From contig CBINON010000023.1 of the NCBI GenBank assembly GCA_966252325.1, positions 878 through 64,877 on the forward strand: 64,000 nucleotides of DNA. Reading direction: 5' to 3'. This DNA is from an uncultured bacterium. GTDB taxonomy: Bacteria > Verrucomicrobiota > Verrucomicrobiia > Verrucomicrobiales > Verrucomicrobiaceae. The translations under genes were made by a program, and so were the position numbers. The notes under the pieces were generated by a model. The model ran no database searches. It saw only the letters and a list, made by a program, of their open reading frames with translations, and was not told the origin of the DNA. Positions 49,013 to 57,804 of the stretch are shown here, piece after piece; within the stretch, counting starts at the first letter, position 1, and each line of letters starts with the position of its first letter.

Positions 49013-50014
49013 ATGAAACCCCTGCTCTTCCTGCACATCGGCACCCACAAGACGGGGTCAACCGCGATCCAGCGCGCGCTGCCGGTCGGCGGCGCCGCCG
49101 CCCTCAAGGCCGGGCTGGTCCGCCTCGACATCCATGGCGACGTCGCCCGCGCCAGCTGGACCGAGGACGACGCCCGCGCCCTGCGCGCCAGCCTCGCCGG
49201 CCAGATCGTGCCGGGCGTGAGCCGCTACCTGCTCACCTGCGAGGGCTTCAGTGGCGACCCCCTGCGCGGCTACGCCAACGCCCCGGTCGCCGCCGCCCGC
49301 CTGCGCGCCGCCACCGCCGATTTCGACGTCCGTGTCGTCGTTTTCCTGCGCCGCCAGGACGATTTCCTGGAGTCGATCTACACCCAGCTCATCCACCAGG
49401 GCGGCTCGCAGTCCTTCGACGACTTCCTGCGCAGCCTGCCGCCCGGCGGTCCCGACTGGCAGCGCCTGCTCGACACCTACGCCACTGAGTTCGGCCGCGA
49501 AAACCTCGTCGTCCGCCGCTACCACTCCGCCTTTTACCCGCGCCCGGAAAGCCTGCTGGAAGATTTCTGCGCCATCCTGGGCATCCCGACCAGCGCCCTG
49601 GTCAAGGCCGATGCCACGCCCAACCAGGGCTACTCCCACGAGGCGCAGGAACTGGCCCGGGTCTGCAACCCGCATCTCGACGACGCCGGCCGCCGGCAAC
49701 TGCGCCAGCTCCTGCAAAAGATCAGCCCGAAGCCGGTCTTCCAGAGTTACGCCTACCTCGACCTGCCCGCCCGCCGCAGCCTGCTCACCGCCTGCGCCGA
49801 GTCCAATGCGGCGGTGGCCCGCGAGTTCTTCCAAGGCGAACCGCTCTTCCCTGAACCCGAGGATGCCGCCACCACCCGCGCGAACCGCGAACCCCTGGTC
49901 GCCACCCTGGTGAAAATGCTGCTCGAACGCCAGCGCGGCTCCCGCCTGGTGCGCCTCGCCGGCAAGATCGATCGCGCCCTCGGCGGCCTGAAGCGCTCCT
50001 CCCCCCAGCCATGA
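49013..50014 (+). CDS. P-loop sulfotransferase-like protein (hypothetical)
   Basis: MKPLLFLHIGTHKTGSTAIQ resembles the 5'-PSB (PAPS-binding) loop of sulfotransferase-fold proteins, and VVFLRRQDDFLESIY resembles a 3'-PB region. ATGA overlap with the next gene. The assignment is weak. Confidence 0.55.
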   Translation: MKPLLFLHIGTHKTGSTAIQRALPVGGAAALKAGLVRLDIHGDVARASWTEDDARALRASLAGQIVPGVSRYLLTCEGFSGDPLRGYANAPVAAARLRAATADFDVRVVVFLRRQDDFLESIYTQLIHQGGSQSFDDFLRSLPPGGPDWQRLLDTYATEFGRENLVVRRYHSAFYPRPESLLEDFCAILGIPTSALVKADATPNQGYSHEAQELARVCNPHLDDAGRRQLRQLLQKISPKPVFQSYAYLDLPARRSLLTACAESNAAVAREFFQGEPLFPEPEDAATTRANREPLVATLVKMLLERQRGSRLVRLAGKIDRALGGLKRSSPQP

Positions 50015-51795
50015 CCCCCGCCGCCGCGACCGCGCCCACCGCCGGATCGCCGCCGGCGCGCACGCTGCTGGTCCACGGCGCCTTCGCCACCCAGGCCGCC
50101 CGGCGCGCCATCCGGGACTGGAAGCGCACGGTCGCCCTGGAAGTGGATCTCGCCCTGCCCGAATCCCTGCGCCGCCAGTGCGCCGCCGTGCTCACCGTGC
50201 CGCCGCTGCTGCCGGAAGCCGAGGCCGAGCAACTGCAGGAACGCGCCGAGGCGGTGCTCGATGCCTTTCTCGAGGAACGCGTCCGCCTGCCCGGGCTCGC
50301 CACCGACCGACGTTTCCGTGCCGCCTGCATGAGCATCGAGGCCTGGCGCATCGTTGTGCCGCACGTGGTCTGCCTCGAGTACGCCCGCCGCGCGCTCGCT
50401 CACGGCCCCTTCGAGCGGATCGTCGTCGCCCCGGGCGCCGGCATCAGTCAGCCGGCCTTCGAACAGCTCGCCCGCGCCCTCGGCGTGCCGCTGGAGGTGC
50501 TGCCCTTCGATCGCGAGGAGCCGCCCGTTTTCTGGATGCTCAAGCGCCGCTGGCAGCGCTTTCGCCATCGCCGCCAGGCCGCCCGTCAAGCCGCCGCCCC
50601 CGCCCGCCTGCCGGCCTCCGCGGGCGCGGGCGAACGCTGGTGCGCCGACGCCCGCCTTGAAACCCTCGTTGCGAATGAGGACAAGGCCGGCCGCTGGCAC
50701 CGCGGCCCGGGGTTTCAGGACCCCGATCCGGCGGCGCTGTCCGCCCTCACCGACCGCTACCGCGCCTGGTGGCAGGCTTGGTGGCAGGACTGGCGCAACG
50801 CCCACCCGCAGGAGGAGCCGCTCAGCGATTTCTGGATTCTCGAACGCCTGGGCGACTGGTTCAGCCGCGAACGTTACCCCCTGCACGCCCAACTGCTCGA
50901 ACAGGCGCGCGCCGCTGTCGCCACCGCACCGCCGCAGCGTGTTCTCATCGGCTCGATGCGCGGCCGCCGGGAACTGCTCTGGGGCCTCGCCGCCCAGGAG
51001 CAGGGCATTCCGGCCGCGGTGTACACGATCGACTGCCACATCGATCCGCGCCTCGTCTTCAAGCCCGACCTCGCCCTCTGCGATGACACCCGCCAGTGCG
51101 AGATCGCCGCGGCCCGGCTGGCACCGCAACAGGTGGTGCGCGTGCGCTCGCACCGGCGTCCCCCCGGCCGCGACGTCGTCGGTCCGCCGCAACCGCATGC
51201 CCGGCCGCGCCTGCTGCTCGCCGACACCTACTACTCCGGCATGGTCGCCTCGAGTTCGCCCCTGCTGAGTTTCTGGGCCTACGAACGCCTGGTCGAGGCG
51301 GCACGGGCGCTGCCCGACTGCGATTTCATCCTCAAGTTTCACCCCGTGCGCGAGCGACCGGAGGCGGTCTTCCACCTCAGCGGCCTGCACCATCTCCACC
51401 TCTGGCAGCGCGAGCGCTTCATCCGCAGCCTGCGCCCGCCCCCGAACCTGCGCCTGCTCGCCCCCGAGGCGCGCCTCTCCGACGAACTGCCGCACGCCGA
51501 CCTGCTGCTCAACATCCAGTCCTACGCCGGGCTCGAGGCCTTCGCCCTCGACATCCCGGTCATCTACCTGCAGCCCTGGGACGAGGAAGGACTGTACCCG
51601 CGCATGAACGCCCTCGGCGCCATGCGGGTCGCCACCGACACGCCGCGCCTGCTGGCCCTGATTCGCGAACTGCTCGGCGACGACAGCCAACGCCGAACCC
51701 AGCTCGAGCGCCAGCACGCCTACCTCGACTATTTCTATTCCCAGGGGCATCCCGCCTGCGCCGACGCCGCCGCGGACGCACCCGGCGGCGCTTGA
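50011..51795 (+). CDS. uncharacterised 594-aa protein, paralogue A; C-terminal GT-B-like half with K-F-H-P motif
   Basis: Collinear with the 589-aa protein at 55928-57697 (shared blocks are listed in the findings). DFILKFHPVRE lies at 51325-51357. LLLNIQSYAGLEAFALDIPVIYL resembles the nucleotide-sugar-binding helix of GT-B glycosyltransferases. Confidence 0.7.
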   Translation: MTPAAATAPTAGSPPARTLLVHGAFATQAARRAIRDWKRTVALEVDLALPESLRRQCAAVLTVPPLLPEAEAEQLQERAEAVLDAFLEERVRLPGLATDRRFRAACMSIEAWRIVVPHVVCLEYARRALAHGPFERIVVAPGAGISQPAFEQLARALGVPLEVLPFDREEPPVFWMLKRRWQRFRHRRQAARQAAAPARLPASAGAGERWCADARLETLVANEDKAGRWHRGPGFQDPDPAALSALTDRYRAWWQAWWQDWRNAHPQEEPLSDFWILERLGDWFSRERYPLHAQLLEQARAAVATAPPQRVLIGSMRGRRELLWGLAAQEQGIPAAVYTIDCHIDPRLVFKPDLALCDDTRQCEIAAARLAPQQVVRVRSHRRPPGRDVVGPPQPHARPRLLLADTYYSGMVASSSPLLSFWAYERLVEAARALPDCDFILKFHPVRERPEAVFHLSGLHHLHLWQRERFIRSLRPPPNLRLLAPEARLSDELPHADLLLNIQSYAGLEAFALDIPVIYLQPWDEEGLYPRMNALGAMRVATDTPRLLALIRELLGDDSQRRTQLERQHAYLDYFYSQGHPACADAAADAPGGA

Positions 51796-51837
51796 CGACC
51801 CGGCGTGTGCGGCTCATGCTGACGTTTTCCGCCGGGC

Positions 51838-52548
51838 ATGGCCGACCCCACTTCTTCCAGCATCCCCGACCTGCCGCCGCTGGTGATCGAAAACGGCCGC
51901 GAGCGACTGCGCGCCCTCGTCGCCCGCCAACTCGGCAGCTTCTTCGAATACCAGCCCGCGCAGGATGACGCGGCGCTCGACGCCGCCCTGGCATCCGCGC
52001 TCGACCGCGTGCGCCAGTGCTTCGGCCGCATCGTCCTCAAGCGCTACCGCCGCGATGACGGCGCCGCGGTGCTGAATCCCTTCCACTCGGGCCAGTACTG
52101 CATCTTCCTCTACTGCCTGAGCCGTGCGCTGGCCCTCTCCGGTGCGGACAGCCTGGCCGACCGCGTGTACTACCTCAACCGCGCCCTCAACGGCGTCGAC
52201 CTCTTCCATCAGGTGGAACTGCCCGAGGTCTTCTGCCTCGAGCACCCGCTCGGCGCCGTCATCGGCCGCGCCCGCATTGGCGACGGCTTTTTCTTTGCTC
52301 AGGGCGTCACCGTCGGCGGCAACAAGGGCGCCTACCCGGTGATCGGTCGCCACGTGTCGCTGCTCTCCAACTCCAAGGTCGTCGGTGCCTCGGTGCTCGG
52401 CGATCACGTCATCCTTGCCGCCAACAGCTACGTCAAGGACGCGGTCATCCCGCCGCACTCCATCGTCTTCGGCCAGGACCGTCACCTCGTCATCAAACCG
52501 AACCCCGGTGGCCTGACCACGCCGATCTTTGAGGAGGGCCTCGCATGA
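51838..52548 (+). CDS. left-handed beta-helix acyltransferase (serine O-acetyltransferase-like)
   Basis: Helical N-terminal domain followed by hexapeptide repeats (IGRARIGDGFFFAQGVTVGGNKGAYPVIGRHVSLLSNSKVVGASVLGDHVILAANSYV). Confidence 0.75.
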   Translation: MADPTSSSIPDLPPLVIENGRERLRALVARQLGSFFEYQPAQDDAALDAALASALDRVRQCFGRIVLKRYRRDDGAAVLNPFHSGQYCIFLYCLSRALALSGADSLADRVYYLNRALNGVDLFHQVELPEVFCLEHPLGAVIGRARIGDGFFFAQGVTVGGNKGAYPVIGRHVSLLSNSKVVGASVLGDHVILAANSYVKDAVIPPHSIVFGQDRHLVIKPNPGGLTTPIFEEGLA

Positions 52549-53483
52549 GCCAGCCGCGCGCCCTGATCATCGGCCTCGGTTCCATCGGCCGCCGCCACCA
52601 GACCTTGCTCACCGACCTGGGCTGCGCCGTCGCCGCCTGCACCCGCCACGCCCAGCCCGACCTGCCCTGCTTCGAGGATCTGGACGCCGCGCTGCGCGAG
52701 CACCAGCCGCAGTTCATCGTTGTCGCCAACCCGACCGCCGATCACGAGGCCACCCTGCAGCGCCTCGCCGAGCTCGCACCGGAGGCGCGCGTGCTGGTCG
52801 AAAAACCCCTGTGCAGTCACGTGCCCGCCCCCCTGCTACCCGGTCTGGCGGAGCGGATCTCGGTCGGCTACAACCTGCGCTTTCACCCCGCCGTGCTCGC
52901 CCTGCGCCAGGCGCTGCGCGACGAACAACCGGTCAGCGCCCAGCTCTACGCCGGCCAGCACCTGCCCGACTGGCGCCCCGGCCGCGACTACCGCAGCTCC
53001 TACTCGGCCTCGACCGCCAAGGGCGGCGGCGTGCTGCGCGACCTCAGCCATGAACTCGATCTCGGGCTCTGGCTCTTTGGCCCCTGGCAGCGGCTCGTCG
53101 CCCACGGCGGCCATTTCAGCGGTCTCGAGATCGAGACCGAGGACACGGTCGGCCTCTGGTGGCAGGCCGCCCGCTGCCCCAAGGTCGGCGTCGAGATCAA
53201 CTACCTCGACCGCGCCCCGCGCCGCTCGATCCTCGTGCACACCCGCCGGCACACCTGGGAGGCCGATGTGCTCGGCAGCCGCCTGCTGCGCGACGGCAGC
53301 GTCCTGGAAAGCTGGAGCCCGGAACGCAACGCCACCTACCGCGATCAGGATCGCGCCTGGCTGCGAAACGACACCGGCGTGCTCTGCACCTTTGACGAGG
53401 GCCTTGCCGTGCTGCACATGATCGCGGCCGCCGAAGCCTCCCTTCACCAGGCCGCCTGGATCCGTTCCTCCCCCTCTTCATGA
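52545..53483 (+). CDS. Gfo/Idh/MocA family oxidoreductase
   Basis: ALIIGLGSIGRRH Rossmann start and the VLVEKPLC block. ATGA overlaps with both neighbours. Confidence 0.8.
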   Translation: MSQPRALIIGLGSIGRRHQTLLTDLGCAVAACTRHAQPDLPCFEDLDAALREHQPQFIVVANPTADHEATLQRLAELAPEARVLVEKPLCSHVPAPLLPGLAERISVGYNLRFHPAVLALRQALRDEQPVSAQLYAGQHLPDWRPGRDYRSSYSASTAKGGGVLRDLSHELDLGLWLFGPWQRLVAHGGHFSGLEIETEDTVGLWWQAARCPKVGVEINYLDRAPRRSILVHTRRHTWEADVLGSRLLRDGSVLESWSPERNATYRDQDRAWLRNDTGVLCTFDEGLAVLHMIAAAEASLHQAAWIRSSPSS

Positions 53484-54190
53484 AGCACCTCATCTGCACG
53501 GTCTGCGCGCGCGGCGGCTCCAAAGGCGTGCCGGGCAAAAACACCCGACCCATGCTCGGCCAGCCGCTCATCCAGCACACCCTGCGCCAGGCGGTCGCCA
53601 GCGGCCTGTTCGACGCCGTGGTCGCCAGCAGCGACGACGAAGCCATTCTCTCCTGCGCCGCCGAAGTCCCCGGCGTGTCCACCCTGCTGCGCCCGGCCGA
53701 ACTCGCCAGCGACACCGCCGGCAAGGTGCCCGCCATCCGCCACGCCGTGCTGGAAATGGAAAAGCGACTGGGCCGCACCTGCGACATCGCCGTCGACCTC
53801 GATGTCACCTCGCCCCTGCGCGACCCGCAGGACATCCGCGACGCGGTCGCCCTGCTCATCGACGGTGTGCCCAACGTGCTCACCGCCATGCACTCGCGCC
53901 GCTCGCCCTACTTCAACCTGATCGAGCGCGGCAGCGACGGCCAGCTGCGCACCGCCAAGGAACTGCCCGGCGGCGTGCTGCGCCGCCAGGACGCGCCGCC
54001 CTGCTACGACATGAACGCCTCGATCTATGTCTGGCGCCGCGACGTGCTCGCCGCCGAGAACCGGCTCTTCCTGCCCGGCACCGCCCTGCATGTCATGCCC
54101 GAGGAACGCTCCTGGGACATCGACAGCGAGATGGACTGGGAGGTGGTGGAACTGCTCATGCGCCGCAAGCTCGAAACCTCCCGCGCATGA
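53480..54190 (+). CDS. acylneuraminate cytidylyltransferase family protein (CMP-nonulosonic acid synthetase, NeuA/LegF-like)
   Basis: ICTVCARGGSKGVPGKN (CMP-sugar synthetase P-loop), DVTSPLR and YDMNASIYVW blocks. Confidence 0.9.
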   Translation: MKHLICTVCARGGSKGVPGKNTRPMLGQPLIQHTLRQAVASGLFDAVVASSDDEAILSCAAEVPGVSTLLRPAELASDTAGKVPAIRHAVLEMEKRLGRTCDIAVDLDVTSPLRDPQDIRDAVALLIDGVPNVLTAMHSRRSPYFNLIERGSDGQLRTAKELPGGVLRRQDAPPCYDMNASIYVWRRDVLAAENRLFLPGTALHVMPEERSWDIDSEMDWEVVELLMRRKLETSRA

Positions 54191-54987
54191 AAACCCTCGC
54201 CGAACTTTCCAGTCTGAAGGGCCGCGCCGCCCTCATCACCGGTGGCGCCGGCCACCTCGGTCGCGCCATGGCCGCCGCCCTCGCCGAGCAGGGCGCCGTG
54301 GTCGCCCTGCTCGACCTCGACGCCAGCCGCGCCACCGACGCCGCCCGCGAACTCGAGGCCTCCGGCGCCCGCGCCTTGCCGCTTGCCGCCGACCTGACCA
54401 ACGCCGACGCCGCCCGCGCCGCCGTGCGTACCGCCGCCTCCGAACTCGGGGGCCTCGACATCCTCATCCATGCGGCCTCACTGGTCGGTACCGACAGCGT
54501 GCGCGGCTGGGCTGTGCCCTTCGCCGAGCAGAGCCTCGAAGCCTGGCACATGGCCCTGCGCGTCGGCCTCGATCCGGCCTTCACCCTCATCCAGGAGGCG
54601 CGCCCGCACCTCGAGGCCTCCGGCCACGGCTCAATCATCTTCGTGTCCTCGATCTACGGCCTGGTGGCTCCCGACCCCTCGCTTTACGACGGCACGCCCA
54701 TGCAGACCCCGGCCGCCTACGGCGCGGTCAAGGGCGCCCTCAACCAGCTCACCCGCCACTACGCCGCCCTGCTCGCCCCGCGCATCCGCGTCAACGCCCT
54801 GACGCCGGGCGGCATCTGGCGCGGCCAGAAGGAAACCTTTGTCGAGCGCTACACCCGCCGCACGCCCATGGGCCGCATGGGTCGCGAGGAGGATTTCAAG
54901 GGCGCCGCCGCCTTCCTGGCCAGCGATCTCTCGGCCTACGTCACCGGCCACAACCTCGTGGTCGATGGCGGCTGGACCGCCTGGTAA
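54187..54987 (+). CDS. SDR family oxidoreductase
   Basis: ITGGAGHLGRA (TGxxxGxG), NASL-type block IHAASL, catalytic YGAVKGAL (YxxxK) and PGGI. Confidence 0.9.
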   Translation: MKTLAELSSLKGRAALITGGAGHLGRAMAAALAEQGAVVALLDLDASRATDAARELEASGARALPLAADLTNADAARAAVRTAASELGGLDILIHAASLVGTDSVRGWAVPFAEQSLEAWHMALRVGLDPAFTLIQEARPHLEASGHGSIIFVSSIYGLVAPDPSLYDGTPMQTPAAYGAVKGALNQLTRHYAALLAPRIRVNALTPGGIWRGQKETFVERYTRRTPMGRMGREEDFKGAAAFLASDLSAYVTGHNLVVDGGWTAW

Positions 54988-54995
54988 AAAACGCC

Positions 54996-55931
54996 TCAGA
55001 CCGGTTCCGCCAGCAGGCTGGCGATCTCCGCCAGCGCGGCACCCGCCGGCACGGCGGACGCCGAGGGCAGTCGTTCCGAAGAATAATCAAAGGCGCTCAG
55101 CGCCCGGTGGCGCGGCGTCGGCCAGTGCCACTTCGGCGGATACACCGGCCCAAAAATCGTCAGCGCCGAGACTCCAAACGCCTGGGCCAGATGAGCGGCC
55201 GAGCCGTCGACCGCGACCACCAGACGGGCGCGACTGAGCGCATGCAGGTACTGCGGCAGGCTGGTCCGCCCCGACAGATCGATCAGGCCCGCCGGCGCCA
55301 ACTTGGTGATCTCGGCGCAATGCTGGCGCTCTTCGGGCGAACCACCGCCAGTCATCACCCAAGGCAGGCCGTCACCGGCCGAAGCCATGACCTCGGCCCA
55401 GGCCTGCGAGGTCCAGTACTTGGAAGGCCAGGCCGCCGTCGGATTGGCCAGCAGGAAGGGCCCCTCCGGCAGTTCCGGATGGCGCCAGTCGGCAGGCGGC
55501 TGCGCCAGCCGCGGCGGGGTGAAGGCTTCCGGCTCGCCGCCGAGCGCGCGCCAGAAGTACTGCGCCCAGTACTCGCGGCCAATCGGCTCGATGCGCACCT
55601 CGCGAAACAGCAGGCGATACCACCAGCGCACATGCCGCGCTTGATTGACCAGCAGGCAGCGCCGGCGCGACGGCACCCGTCGCGCGCTCCAGACCGCGCG
55701 CGTGCTCCAGCTCGTCGTCCAGGAAAGCGCCGCCCGCTCGTGCTGATCCGGGCCCCACACCGCCTGCTCCATGAGGCTGACCAGCGGCCGGAAGGCCTGC
55801 TTGACATGCAGGGCGCAGGGTCGACCCGAGCGCGCGGCCAACAGGCGGGTCACCGGCTCCAGCAGCGTGACATCGCCCAGCTGTTTGTCGCTGATCAGCG
55901 CGCACGGGCCCTCCAGTCTGGCTGCGCTCAT
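54996..55931 (-). CDS. glycosyltransferase family 9 (heptosyltransferase-like)
   Basis: 311 aa. C-terminal blocks LIDLSGRTSLPQYLHALSRARLVVAVDGSAAHLAQAFGVSALTIFGP match the GT9 (RfaF/RfaC-type) nucleotide-sugar-binding half. ATGA overlap with paralogue B upstream. Confidence 0.8.
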   Translation of the reverse strand: MSAARLEGPCALISDKQLGDVTLLEPVTRLLAARSGRPCALHVKQAFRPLVSLMEQAVWGPDQHERAALSWTTSWSTRAVWSARRVPSRRRCLLVNQARHVRWWYRLLFREVRIEPIGREYWAQYFWRALGGEPEAFTPPRLAQPPADWRHPELPEGPFLLANPTAAWPSKYWTSQAWAEVMASAGDGLPWVMTGGGSPEERQHCAEITKLAPAGLIDLSGRTSLPQYLHALSRARLVVAVDGSAAHLAQAFGVSALTIFGPVYPPKWHWPTPRHRALSAFDYSSERLPSASAVPAGAALAEIASLLAEPV

Positions 55932-57697
55932 GCTGACACCTCCCGCCCGCGCGTCAGCAGGCGATTGACGGCTTCCGTCAGGGTCTGCCGCGAGCTCCAG
56001 AAAAACTCCTGCTGATAGCGGTGCTGCGCCGCCACCTGGGCCTGCCGATGGGTGCGATCGCCAAACAAGCGTGTCAGGGCCTGGGTCAGTTCCTCGCCGC
56101 TTTCGCCCCAGGGCGGCTGCAGGCGTTGCTCGAGTTCGGGAAACAGAAAGAACTCCGGCGGATGCCGAACCAGAAAGACCACGGGCAGCCCGAGGTGAAA
56201 GGCCTCATGACCGGACACCGAGATCGTGTTGAGCAGCACTGCCGCCGACTGCATCGCCTCCTCCATCGGCTGTTCGGGTGGTGCCAGACGGACGTTCGAC
56301 GGCGGATTCAGGGAGCGCAGGTAACGGGTCTTCGATTGCACCTCGCTCTCGTCCATGCCGATGAAGCCGCGCTCCTCGCTCTTGGACGCGCGCAGCGGAT
56401 GAAACTTGATGACGAAGTCGAGCTGCGGCAGCCGTCGCGCCGCCTCGACGACGCTGCGATACTGGTACAAACAAGCCTGCGGATCGGTAATGACCGTCAT
56501 CGTGTCGGCATGCAGCACCTGCGGCCGCCGGCGCGCGAACGCGGCCTCGACCTGCTCCGGTGTGCGCGGCGGCGCGCCCGGCCGGCGATGGCCCCGCACA
56601 TCGAGAATGCGCTCAGCCGGATAACCGGCGGCAATCATGCGCGGGATGCCGCGCTGACCATCCACCAGGGCAAAGTCCGGCACGAACATGGTGCGCGGCT
56701 TGAGCAGGAAGTCGTAGGTGTAGGAAGCCACCGGAATGCCCAGGCGCGCCGCGGCCAGCGACCAGATGCCCTCCTCGGCGCCGATCTGGGTGTCGGCCAG
56801 CAGCAAGGCCGGCCGGAGTTCGCGCAGACGCGTCATGGCTTTTTCGACCAGGGCCGACCAGCGTGGGTACAGCCGCGGCACGTGATGCTCGCCCATCGCC
56901 CGATGCAGGTCGCGACAGCCAACCAGGGCGGGATCCGCGTCGAGCACCTCGGCCTGCCAGCGTCGCCACCAGTCGGCCCAGTGCGCGGTCTCCGCCGCCA
57001 GCGCCCCGGCCTCGGGTTCGCCCAGTTCGGCGGCCGTCACGGTCTGCAGACGGAAGCACGGGGCGGTCGGTTCGCGGGCCAGCAGGCGAGCGACGCGGCC
57101 GCTGGCGCAGAGCACCAGAGGCGCCTCGTCCGGGGCTGCCGGACGCGCGACCGTTTCAGCGGTCGCCGCCGCCGGCGCGCGCCGCCAGCGGCAGAGCCAG
57201 CGCTGCAGTCGGCGACGCAGGCTGCGCGGCCGCCACTCCGGTGCCAGACACTCGATGGCCAGTCCCTTTTCCGCCGCCACCTCGCGCCAGAAACCGAAGC
57301 TGACCCCGCTGCCGGCACAAACCACGAGGCGATCGAACTCGAAGCGGCTCCAGAGGTGGTCGCGCAGGGCCAGATTGAACAGCCGCATCGACATCCGGTC
57401 CTGGAACTCGCCGCCGAGCGCCGCCTTGCGCAGGTCGGCATCGCCGGGCCGGTCGCCGAGTTCCGGCCGCGGCCGCAGGTAGGGATCCATGGCCTCGGTC
57501 ATGCCTGCCAGCAGGGGCATGGCGGCGTCACGCCCGAAAATGTCGCGGGTGCTCAGCCAGGCGGCGACGCCCGGATACCGCCCGCGATCCAGCAGGGTGT
57601 CATATTCCAGCACCACCGCGCCCTCGGCGACCTCGGCCAGCCGTCGCTCCAGCGCCTGGGGCGCGAGGGAACCGGTGAGAACAAGCGTGCGGGGCAT
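55928..57697 (-). CDS. uncharacterised 589-aa protein, paralogue B of 50011-51795
   Basis: Collinear similarity to paralogue A along the full length. DFVIKFHPLRA has its KFHP codons at 56396-56407. VLLNTISVSGHEAFHLGLPVVFL is a GT-B-like helix. Confidence 0.7.
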   Translation of the reverse strand: MPRTLVLTGSLAPQALERRLAEVAEGAVVLEYDTLLDRGRYPGVAAWLSTRDIFGRDAAMPLLAGMTEAMDPYLRPRPELGDRPGDADLRKAALGGEFQDRMSMRLFNLALRDHLWSRFEFDRLVVCAGSGVSFGFWREVAAEKGLAIECLAPEWRPRSLRRRLQRWLCRWRRAPAAATAETVARPAAPDEAPLVLCASGRVARLLAREPTAPCFRLQTVTAAELGEPEAGALAAETAHWADWWRRWQAEVLDADPALVGCRDLHRAMGEHHVPRLYPRWSALVEKAMTRLRELRPALLLADTQIGAEEGIWSLAAARLGIPVASYTYDFLLKPRTMFVPDFALVDGQRGIPRMIAAGYPAERILDVRGHRRPGAPPRTPEQVEAAFARRRPQVLHADTMTVITDPQACLYQYRSVVEAARRLPQLDFVIKFHPLRASKSEERGFIGMDESEVQSKTRYLRSLNPPSNVRLAPPEQPMEEAMQSAAVLLNTISVSGHEAFHLGLPVVFLVRHPPEFFLFPELEQRLQPPWGESGEELTQALTRLFGDRTHRQAQVAAQHRYQQEFFWSSRQTLTEAVNRLLTRGREVSA

Positions 57698-57766
57698 GGG
57701 AGAGAGTTGGACAGCATGCTGAAAACCACCGGGCTCGCAACCCTGGGATGGGTGATCCGCCGACGG

Positions 57767-57795
57767 TTGACAGGCCGGGCGCGCATGGGTTATTG
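57767..57795 (+). promoter_or_regulatory. candidate promoter for the neuB-neuC-acetyltransferase operon
   Basis: Perfect TTGACA (57767-57772), a 17-nt spacer, then a weak -10 TTATTG (57790-57795). The ATG at 57805 would give an almost leaderless mRNA. Sequence match only. Confidence 0.25.
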
Positions 57796-57804
57796 CCGGG
57801 TTTC

